The position numbers were made by a program, and so were the translations under genes. From Callorhinchus milii (Eukaryota), in assembly GCF_018977255.1 (NCBI RefSeq), contig NW_024704749.1:21142001-21184965 (forward strand): a DNA stretch of 42,965 bases, in the 5' to 3' direction. Shown here in pieces: positions 10,801-22,300 of this stretch. Numbering within the stretch: position 1 is the first letter of the stretch; every line of letters starts with the position of its first letter. The notes beneath the pieces were generated by a model. It saw only the letters and a list, made by a program, of their open reading frames with translations, had not been told where the DNA came from and made no database searches.

Positions 10801-13266
10801 CATTGTCAGCTGTCGTCAGCAGCAGCCGATACGTACAAAGTACCGTCATGTGTGCACACAAAGCGTACGGTGTCAAGCTCCTGTTAGACCGATCAAACAG
10901 GCTCAGGGCAAGGTGGGGCCATGTCCTTGGTCACTGGAAGTATAGCAGCAACACACCCTTACCCTACCTGTAGTTGATGTTCCGCCTGGATTTTTCATCC
11001 CAGCTGGAGATGGCTTGCCACATCCGGTCCATCACCGTCTCTCTCCGGGGCTCGGCGATAGCCCAGGCCTCGTCCCCGTCAAAGATGATGTGAGACAGGA
11101 CGCCGCACGCGTTGTACGACACCTCAATCCCATCGGCATCACTTTCTAGGAGGCGACTGTAAGGGACAGTGGAGTCACCAAACTGATGATGGTAACGATA
11201 ATAATCTTTGCATTTGATGTGACGCCTTATCACGTTGTCGAGATGCATCAGAGCGCTTCACGGAATATACGGCAAAATGCAGTGACTGTGTGTTTTGTGA
11301 GCCAAACTTGGCAGCCAATTGCACACAGCAGTGTCTCACAAACACTGATGGATTGAGTGACTGCATTTTTTTATTTTGGAGGATCATTACATCTGCTAAT
11401 CGACTAACAGCCTGGGTTCCTACTTGTGGAGTCCTGTAGCTCAGTGGTTAGAGCACTCGCTTTGCAAGCGAGAGACCTGAGTTCAATTCCAGGCAGGTCA
11501 GGGCGAAACCTTGGGCAAGTTTCCTTACTCCACACAGAGCCTAATAATAATCCCTCCAAAAAAACCCAAAACAATAATAAATTGGTCATTTTCAATCTAC
11601 GACTGTTTGTGGGACATTGCTGTGCGCAATTGGCTGCCGCGTTCGCCCACAAATATACAGTCAATTCACTTTACAGTATATTCTGTGAAGCGCTTTGGGA
11701 CGTCCTCCCGACGTGAAAAGCGCTATATCAAATGCAAGGATTATTATTAAGGATTATTACTGCCAGGTAAACGGAGACGTATGTGTGTGTGTGGAGTAAG
11801 GAAACTTGCCTAAAGTCTTACCCTGCCTGGGAATCAAACCTAGGGGTCCTCTCGCTTGTGAGGCGAGCGCTCTAACTGCTGAGCTACAGGACTCCACTGT
11901 AGAGACGAAGTGTCACTTGAGCACATACGTGATCCCAGACTCAGTTCCCACTCGCCTGGAGTGAGGACACTGTCTCCGTTATGTGCTCCGTCGCTGTACA
12001 GGAGATGCACTGACCTGAAGACGCTGATGAACTGTGTGGTCATGAGGTGCGGCCTCAGCTGTCGGACCTCGGCGACGTTTCCCAGCAGCCCCAGCATATT
12101 CCGATGTAATTCCTGCTTCCCCTGGAATTCCTGGAAGGAAAAAAAAAATCAGGATATTCAGAGTGAATGTGAGAGAGAGTGAGACAGAGGGTGGGCATAT
12201 GAGAGAGAGAGAGGGAGAGAGTGAGAGAGAGAGAGAAAGAGAGGGAGTAATAGAGAATAAGAGAGAGAGGGGGAGTGAGAGAGTAATCGAGAGAGAGCAC
12301 AAGAGAGGGAGGGAGGGAGGGAGAGGAGAGGGAGGGTGAGAGGGGGAGGGGGGGAGAGTGAGGAGCAAGTGGAGTGGGGGTGCTGTTAAATCACTAAGAA
12401 TAAACCTAGAATGAAAGCATGTAGTTGTTCTCACACGACTCTGACTGTTTAGTAAATGTGTTAGCGAGTCTCACGTTCAGGCAGTCGAGGAACAGCTTCA
12501 TCCCGTTACAATTCAGGAACATCTCACAGTTATCCGGGGTCTCATCCGTGATGTTCCACAGAGCGCTCCACGAGAACTCCATCACCTGGTCACACTGTCG
12601 GGACACACAAAAGCCTCGTTAGGTAAAGCCTCGCTCGCGCTGCAGGACTTAAGGTAGAGGTGGAGGTGAAGGAGTGAACACTTACCACTTTGTCTGCCAG
12701 TTTCTTCTGAATCAGCTTCAACATCGTCTGGAAAACAAGACACTCTTAAAGCAGGATGNNNNNNNNNNNNNNNNNNNNNNNNNNNNNNNNNNNNNNNNNN
12801 NNNNNNNNNNNNNNNNNNNNNNNNNNNNNNNNNNNNNNNNNNNNNNNNNNNNNNNNNNNNNNNNNNNNNNNNNNNNNNNNNNNNNNNNNNNNNNNNNNNN
12901 NNNNNNNNNNNNNNNNNNNNNNNNNNNNNNNNNNGCTCCCAGGGGTGGAGCACATTTAATAAGCAGAACATTTTGCCAGACCCCGGGGGAGGGTGGGAGG
13001 AGAGAGTGGGGGGGGGCGGGGGGAAAAACCACACACATACCGTAACAAAGCCCATCTTCCCGACGGCCTCCTTATGATCGTTGTCCACCTGACAGACCAG
13101 GGCGTTGCACAGGTGCACGGCGATGCGCTGGATGGACTCGTCCGGCCGCGGCTGGTTCAGGATGCTCAGGAGCAGCTCGTTGACTCTGCGATACTGGAAC
13201 TCCAGCTCCTCGGGAATGCTGAAGTTACACAGCGTCAGACAGCAGTTCCTCTGTACCTGCAGCGCG

Positions 13267-13303
<37 letters not shown>

Positions 13304-16300
13304 TGGTCAGGAGAGATCGGGTTATACTACTGATAGTAATAATAATCCTTGCATGTGACGTAGCGCCTTATCACATACGCCGAGACGTCGCGATACATTG
13401 TGAAGTGGATTGACTACATTTTGTGAGCAAAACGCGGCAGTCAATTACGCACAAACAGTCGTGGATTGGCTGACTTATTTATTTGAGGGATTATTACCCC
13501 GCAAAGCGATCCGCCAATCGCCTAACAACCAGGTTCCTAATTACTGCCAGGTAAACAGAGGAGCGCGCGTGTGTGTGTGTGTGTGTGAAGTAAGGAAACT
13601 CGCCTAAGGTTTTACCCTGCCCGGGGATCGAACTTGCGAGTCGAGGGTACTAACCACTACACTACGGGACTCCATGTAACGTGGGTGGCCCCGTCCTTCC
13701 CGCCCCACTAAACCAACCACCCCCCGTCCCCACCAACCCACCTCCCATCAGCCACTCACCGTCACTTCCTGGTACGATTCCATCCCATTGAGCACCACCT
13801 GAATGACCTGTCGCCGCAGCTTGGTGCTCTGCTCGGGCCGGTAGTCGGAGCCGGTCAGGTAGAAGAGAGCCGCGCTGGCCGTCACCTGGATACTCTTGTC
13901 GTACTTGTGGCACCGCAGAGCGGCGATCACCAGCTACAGCACAGGGAGGCAGCACCAGGCACACCATTTATTTTTCCTTAAAACACCGTGTATTGTAATT
14001 CACTTCACAGTATATCCTTTGAGACGTCTCAATGGCGTGATAAGGCTCCATATCAAATGCAAGGATTATTATTATTATTTATTATTATTATTTTTCCCTC
14101 CTCGCCCGAAGTTAGCACAAATTTATTTTCACTCTGGCTAACAAGAATAATCCTTGCATTTGATATAGTGCCTCATCACATCTTTGAGATGTCTCTCAGC
14201 GCTTCACAGAATATATTATAAACTGAATCGACTCTGTGTTTGGTGGGCAAAATGCGGCAGCCAATTGCGCACAGCAGCGTCCCACAAACAGTTGTGGATT
14301 GAGTGACCGCATTTGTTTTGTGGAGGGATTATTACTCCCGGAAAGCGATCTGCTGATGGACTAACATCCGGGTTCCTACATTAGTGCAAAGAAAACAGAG
14401 GCACGTGGAGAAAAGAAAACTTGCCTAAGGATTCGCCTCACTCAGAAATCGAACCCTGCTTGAGAGGCGCGCGTGCTAACCACTACACTACCGGACTCTA
14501 AGGGATGGAGTGTGCCTGTGCGGGACACAGACTTTGGGGCTGTTCATTGCTGGTGCACATAACCTTGGTTTGCAGGTTAAAAACCCCAAAAATCATAACG
14601 AATGTCAATGTTGTTGAGTTATTTGGACAATGACCTGTGGATCTGTTGGAAATGTTTACAGGAAAAGTGCAGAGTACAAGGTGTGCAGGAATGTGGAAAA
14701 GGCATTGCAAGAAGGAGAGGCAACAGTGTCCAATTGATTCAGCCTGACTGCGGGCCTCGGGCAGGAGCTCCATGCCAGCAATTCATCGATATGTTCACTT
14801 TATAAATTTCTATTTTATACCTCTGTGACCTGCTAACTCCATACCAACCTGTCCATTCTCTCCGCTCAGCGGACTTCGGTCTGCTCCACATCCCCCTCCC
14901 GGCTCGGCCCACCATCAGCGATTGGGCCCTCAGCCTCTCTGCCCCACCCTTTGGAATTCCATCCCACAGTCCCTTCGCCTTGCACCCCCCACCTCCCTCG
15001 CCTCCTTCAAGGCCCGTCTCAAGACCTTACTCTTCGACCGCGCCTTCGGTCACCCTCCTACCCCCACCATCCCTTGCCTGCCAACCCTCCTGATCCCAAC
15101 CCCCAGCTCGGGTCCAAATCCTAGACTGTTCAGCGCCTTAGGACGTCCCTCCTGACGTGAAAGGCTGCTGTGTAAATGTCATTTGTTGTTGCTGTTTTTG
15201 TTTCTAATCGTGTCACAGGATCGTTAAGGTTTAACGTAGATGGGTCCTTGGTGCAACATTTCATCTGCAACAATGGAGTGCTTTCCCCAGTACCGCACTG
15301 GAATGTCAGCTGTGAACTCGAGGTCCTGATATGAGGCTTAAACTTCACAGCCTTACTGTAGAATCCTGGAACGAAAGATAAATAGTTGCTCCCTCCCTCT
15401 GTCCTCTGACTCTCACCTGTAAAGCCCGCAGCGGTTGCTCGCACTGGTCTATCCGCGCGATGTCAAAGAGGTGGTTGATGGCGCGGGAGGCGATCTCGGG
15501 CCGAAATTCCGTGTAAGCTTCGATCGCGTTCAAGATCTGATCTTCGTTCGCTTCGCCGGTTACCTGGAAACGAGAGCACAACACAGGGAATGGGGGGGGG
15601 GGTCATCAACAACAACAACTTGCATTTACATTTACACAGCGCCTTTCACATCAGGAGGACGTGCCAAGGCGCTGGACATTCAGGGATTTTTCACCCGACC
15701 TTGGGACTCTACCATAAGTATTTACATATAATAATATATAATTATTATTATCATATATAATATATATGAGAATAATATATAATTCTCAGTCCTACCATAA
15801 GCTGTGGTTTAGTAATTCCAGGTGAAGTGTCTTTTTGTGTGGGGGTGGGGGAGAATATCTAATCTCTCAAGTCAAGGTTCGCCTTGTCTGGTCAAGTTTG
15901 CCAACAAAACGCACACAGTCACTACACTTAACAGCTGACAAAAAGCCCTAAAACTACCTGTGAACAGCGGCTGAAAGCTGCAGCATCCCCCGCAAGGACC
16001 CAGATGGGGACCAGATTCCTTTGGATAAAAAAAATTGCCCGGTGTGACCTTGCAGTCATTCTCGTGTCTGTGCAAACAGCAGCACAACCGGCCCACGTCA
16101 CCACAAACAAACTTCCCTTCTGCTTTGCCAGACATTCTGTCCTCATCCAGGTCAAGGATGTTGGTGCTGGGAAATGGAACATCCAATGCCAACTCAATAA
16201 CACATACACTACAACAACAACAAAATGATATTCATATAGTGCCGTTCATGTCGGGAGGATGTCCCAAGGCGGTGGACAGACAGTTTTGGACCTGAGCTGA

Positions 16301-19300
16301 GGGTCGGGGTGGGGGAGGGTGGAAGGCAGGAGGATCGGGGTGGGGGGAAGCAGGGAGATCGAAAGCACGGTCGAAGAGGAGGGTCTTGAGGTCAGTCTTG
16401 AAGGTGGTGAGGGAGGGGGCGAGACGGAGGGACTGCGGAATGGAGTTCCAGAGGGTTGGCGCAGAGTGGCGGAAGGCCCACCCACCGACAGTGAGCGTGC
16501 AAGGCGGGGGACGTGAAGCAGGCCAAAGCCCGCTAAGCAGACAGGATGGTAGGGGCTTAGGAGGTTGGAGGGAGCAAGACCGTGGAGGGTTTTGAAGGTG
16601 AGGACCAGGATCTTGAACTGTATCCTCTTTGTGATGGGAAGCCAGTGGAGTTGGGCAAGGATGAGGTTGGTAGGGTCGTGGAGCCCAGTGCGGGAGAGGA
16701 CACGGGCTGCAGAGTTCTGGATGATCTGCAACCTGTGGAGGGAGGAGTTGGGGAGGCCGACAAGCAGTGAGTTTGCAGTCAAGCCTCGATGTAATGAAGG
16801 TGGGTATGAGGGTTTCAGTGGCCTGTGGTGTGAGACGGAGCCGGGTGACTTTGCGGAGTTGGGGGAAGGCAGAGCGGGGTCATGGCGTGGATACGGGGTA
16901 GAAAGGATAGTTGAGGGTCAAACAAGACCCCAAGGTTCTGGACTGGCTTAGCAAGGTGGAGTGTGCAACCATGGATGGTGACGTTCAACTGAAGAAAGTT
17001 AGCTCTCATCCAGGACTCGCTCACCTCCACTGGCTCCCCATCCCACAGAGGATCGAATTCAAGATCCTCATCCTCACCTACAAGGCCATTCACGGCCTTG
17101 CTCTCTCCTACGTCTCCGACCTACTATCCCCCTACTTACCTGCCCGTACCCTCCGTTCCTCTGGCTCTGGTCTGCTCCACATCCCCCGCCCTAACATCCG
17201 TGGCCAGGCCTTCAGCCTCTCAGCCCCTAGGCTGTGGAACGCCATCCCCCAGTGCCTTCGCCTTGCTTCCTCCCTTTCCTCCTTCAAGGCTGGTCTCAAA
17301 ACCTTTTTCTTCAACCGTGCCTTTACCCCCCCTCTCAACTCTCAACCCCCTCCTTGCTCCCTCCCTTCCCTCCCCTTGACCATTTCCCCCCCAATGCTCG
17401 GGTCCCGACCCAACTGTCCAGCGCCTTGGGACGTCCTCCCGACATGAAAGGCGCTCTATAAATGCAATCTTGTTGTTGTTGTTGTTGATGTCTGACAGAT
17501 ATTCTGTCAGGACAGCAGTGGTCCTGGAGTCAAGGGTGGAGGCAGAGAGGTAGACTTGGGTGTCATCCACATACATGTGGAAGTTGACCCTATGTTTGCG
17601 GATGTTGTCACCAAGGGGAAACATATAGGTGTTGAAGAAGAGAGGACCAAGGACAGAGCCCTGAGGAATGCCACATGAGACGGTCTGGGGGCTAGAGGAG
17701 AAGCCACTTGAGGAGATGAAGTGCAGGCGGTGTGAGAGGTACGATCTGAACCAATCAAGGACAGTGCAGTGGAGGTTGAGGTGAGAGGAGAGATGGTGGA
17801 TGAGGACGAGTAGTCGACTGTGTCAAAAGTAGCAGAGAGGTAAGGAGGACGAGGAGGCAGAGGGAGCCCTTGTCGCTGATGGACAGAATGACCTTTGTTA
17901 CTTCTGTGCTGTGGGTGGCACGGAAGCCCGATTGGAGGGGTTCGAGGAGGGAGTGGCGGGAGATGAAGGAGCGAAAAGCAACAAGTGGTTCCAGGACCTT
18001 GGAGAGGAAGGGGAGGTTGGAGTTAGAGAGTAGAGAAGGGTCCAGAAGATAGGTCAGTGCGGGAGGATGCCCAGAGGGGAAGGAATTCAGATGACTCCAA
18101 GGCAGCCAAAAGGGAAGGCGGGGAGATTTTTTTTCCTGGGGCGGTATGAGATGGAGGTGGGTTGGGTGGTGGTGGGGAGAGGGATTGAGGAGTTAAGGGA
18201 GATGAAGTGATGATCCACACTAACACACACAACCACCTAAACAAGCAGATGGGACATCGGTTTAACGTCTCATCCGAAGGACGGCACCTCCAACAATGCA
18301 ACATACGCCCCCCCAGCACTGCATTGGAGCGTCATCTTAGACTGTGTGATTCCGAGTCCTCACTTGGGGCTCGAACTGATACTCCTTTCTTAGCCCCTTA
18401 GAAAGAGGAAACTTTCTTTCTCGGTCTGGGCTGCAGGTAAACTCTGGTCCCAAAGGCCAGTGTCTAAGCCACTGAGTCACCAGGCAGCCACCTTATTCAA
18501 AGCATATTTGGAGAAGCAACAAAAGGTGCAAAGGCATCTCGATAATAGTAATAACAATAATCTTGGCATTTGATATAGCGCCTTATCACGTCTTCGAGAC
18601 GTCTCAAAGTGCTTCACAGAATATACTGTAAAGCGGTTTGACTGTGTATTTTGTGGGCAGCCAATTGCACACAGCAGTGTCTCACAAACAGTCTTGGCTT
18701 GAGTGACCAAATTATTATTATTTTTTTTTTGAAGGGATTATTACCAGTCGACTAACAATCGGGTTCCTGATGAATGTTGAAGCCAGCCTGATCTCCCTGT
18801 GATTGACTGAGTGGCTGGCAGGCAGCCTGACTCACCTTATAAGCAGGGATGTGAGTTAGGTTACACAGTGTGGTGTCAAACAGCCCCAGGAACTGAAAGG
18901 ATCGCTTCAGTGTTCGGAACGGTTCAATGCTGCTTTTCTGTGGTTCGTTACTAGCAGAAAGCAGAAAAGACATTCAGCAATGTACAAGGTGTCTGTACAC
19001 AAAGTCATGTTACCCTTCTGTTACAAAACAGCGATACAAGACTACAGAGGAGTTGAAACAAGCTGTCAGAGATGTATTTTGCCTCCTCGCTCCATCCATC
19101 CATGTTACGGAAGATGTCACACCAAACATGGAGATGGATCATTATTTTCCATGAAAATGACGGTGTTCACAGTTACACACATCGAACCTCTGGACGGTCT
19201 AAATACAGCTAAATGCTTGAACTGAACACAATTAAGTAACTTCTAAATACAATCATCATCATTTTTCCACATGTTTCAGTTGTTGTCAGTGCAGGGGTGG

Positions 19301-22300
19301 GAGGGTGAGGGAAGGTAACAGGACTTTGTGGACAGCCCTGATGGCCAATGTACAGAAGGCAATGTATATTAAATGTGTATTTGATGTGCATTAAACAGCT
19401 CACATCAAACTTGCAACATACCTCAGGTCTGTTCTGCTCCTTTGTGGGCAGCATTTGATTTCTTTCTTATCTACCGAGCGACAGTTCCATGGGGGCCTTT
19501 TGGTACGTTGCCCAAAGGGCCATTATTCATGAACCTCGATGGACAGTGAGTGTAGCAGATCTGACCACTGGAACGTCACACTGCCCTTGTCCCCAGCGCA
19601 TACTACCGACGCCCCCCCCATCCCAGCACACACCCACCCCCCCCCAGCACACACCCACCCCCCCCAGCACACACCCACCCCCCCCCCAGCACACACCCAC
19701 CCCCCCCCCAGCACACACCCACCCCCCCAGCACACACCCATCCCCCCAGCACACACCCATCCCCCCCAGCACACACCCATCCCCCCCAGCACACACCCCT
19801 CGCCCAGAACACACCCCTCGCCCAGAACACACCCACTGCCCCTCACCTTCCTGGCCCCAGGGCTTCGTCATGATTGGAGACGGCACAATTATCGAGCATC
19901 AGTTGCCCCGAGATGTCCAACGAGAGGAGGTTTTTCAGGTTTTGTACGAAGGCGGTGAACACTTTCCTGGTGAGCTTGAATTTGTAGAAACTCGAGGCCC
20001 GATCCCGGGAAATGTCCAAGTGTCTGCGGAGAAGAGCAAAGTCACTGCAGCCTAAGAGCTGGAGACCGCAGCGAGCTTCATTTTGGTGCTTCTAAATCTC
20101 TCCTGCATAAATATTACATCAAACACAACACCAACTCCCCCAACCCTCAACTTACATATCAACACCAAATATCCACACTCCAACCCCAAAGCTCGACACT
20201 CAAACTACACCCAACCTGATGGATTATTGCGCAGAATAATAAATATAATATTCCTTCAAAAAATAGATAGTAAATATACAATTCCTTCAAAATAATAATA
20301 ATAAATTGGTCACTCAATTGGCTGCTGCGTTTCAGGCACAAAATACAGTCAATCCATTTTACAATATATTCTGTGAAGCACTTTTGAGATGTCTCAACGA
20401 TGTGATAGGGCGTGATATCAAATGCACAGATTATTATCATTATCATCATCCTGCTCTACACCTGATTAGATTCCTCTCGCAAGCACTCCCAGGGATCTAC
20501 TTTTGTGTATGAAGGATAATTAATATCTATAGTAGCCTTTCTCCAAACTGAGTAGCTCTAGTTAGTGTTGACCAGAAATTGGCCCCAACAATCTCTACTT
20601 TTCTGACCAGACTGTTACAGCTGGAGCCCAAGCTCCAAGCCAAGCCCTTACCTAAACTACCTTTGAGTTTAGAAGGCTGAAGCGTGATCTAATTGAGGCT
20701 TTTAAAATAATAAAGGGATTCGATTGGGTGGCTACAGAAAAACTATTGCCTCTGGTGGGGGAATCCAGAACAAGGGGGCATCATCTTAAACTTAGAGCTA
20801 AGCCATTTAGGAGTGAAATCAAGAGGCATTTTTTCCCTCAAAGGGTAGTGGAAATTTGGAACTCTCTCCTCCAAAAGGCTGTGGATGTCGGATCCATTCA
20901 TATTTTTAAGACTGAGGTGGATAGATATTTGTTAGGTCAGGGTATCAAGGGATATAGGGCAAGGGCGAGTAATTGGAGTTGAGGTACAGATCAACCATAT
21001 AACAACTTGCATTTATATAGCGCCCTTCACGCTGGGTAGCATCCCGGAGTGTGAGTCTGACAACAAGCCAGGGGGAGAGGGAAGAGGGGAGGTGACCAAA
21101 AGCACAATCAAAAAGAAAGGTCTTCAGGCGGGATTTAAGATGGGGAGGGAGAGGGCAAGGCGGAGGGATTGATGGAGAGAGTTCCAGCCATGATTGAATA
21201 GAAATGGCAGAGCAGGCTCGAGGGGTTGAATGGCCTCCTGTTCCTATGTTCCTTCGTTACCTGAGGTTAGAGAGTTGCATGATGACCCAGAGGTGCTCCT
21301 CGGATAGGTCCATGTTGTAGAGCACCAGGGAGCCGAGTCGCTCCTGCCACTGCAGCAGAAACTGCACGTCGTTCAGCTGGATCCCGGAGAGATCGAGGGA
21401 GGTGAGGGAGGCGAGCGGGCGCAGGAGGGTCTCCACGTTCACGCCGTCGGTCAGTTGTCCAAGATTCAGGAAGCAGAGCTTCTGGAAGCCGCTGAAGGTG
21501 AAGTCCTTGACCAGCACCTGGCGGGTTGGGTTCACCAGACGCTCGTCGTCGCCCTCACAGCCCCCAGGACTCTCCTCCTCGTAAAAGATGTTCTTGCAGC
21601 CGAAGAGGCTGAGGGAGACCAGGGAGCTGCGGAAGTTACTCAACGTCTGCAGACTCTTGGCCGAGAGCTTCTCGCAGTTCACCAGACGCAATTCTACCAA
21701 GTCCTGGAGGACAGCAACAACAACAAATTACATTAGTATAAGACCACAAACCTGTTAATTTAACAGTCACCACAGAAGTGCCGTTCAGTTCATGGAATCA
21801 TAGAATATTACAGCACAGAAGGAGGCCATTCAGCCCATCGTGCCTGCGTCGGCTCGAGTTATATAAAAATCAAAACAACAACAAATTACATTTCAGTCCA
21901 ACACCCCCCAACTCCCCCTTTCCCCACCCACCCCTCCCTCCATTTCATCTAGCCCTCCCACTCCCCTCCATACACCGTAAATGTTGTGTCATTATTTCTG
22001 TAAAAGAAAACGCAAAAATATGACCTGCAGATGTTTCTCAAATAGGGCACCCGGCCCTCAGCAGCCAAACCTTGGACCCCCCCCCCTCCCCTCCTACAGC
22101 CCATTTCAAGTCGAAAGGACGTCCCAAGGCGTTGGACGGTCAAAGATTTGCACCTGAGCCGGGGGTTGGGATCAGGAGGGATGGACGGCAGGGAAGGTTG
22201 GGGGTAGGAGGGTGACCGAAGGCGCGGTCGAAAAGAAAGGGTCTTGAGACGGACATTGAAGGAGTCAAGGGAGGGAGGGTGAGGCGAGAGAACTTCCAGA

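Noticed and set aside
11428-11500. tRNA-Ala(TGC)-like gene
   Set aside because: Continues directly into the SINE body and L2-type tail, with no T-run terminator; it is a SINE head, as are the similar heads near 8075, 9400, 11830, 13620, 14440 and 24100.
12674-13045. ORFs spanning the N run
   Set aside because: Artefacts of the assembly gap.
19489-20055. His/Pro/Thr-rich and Gly/Val/Cys-rich ORFs
   Set aside because: Translations of the minisatellite plus the antisense strand of a ZER1 exon.
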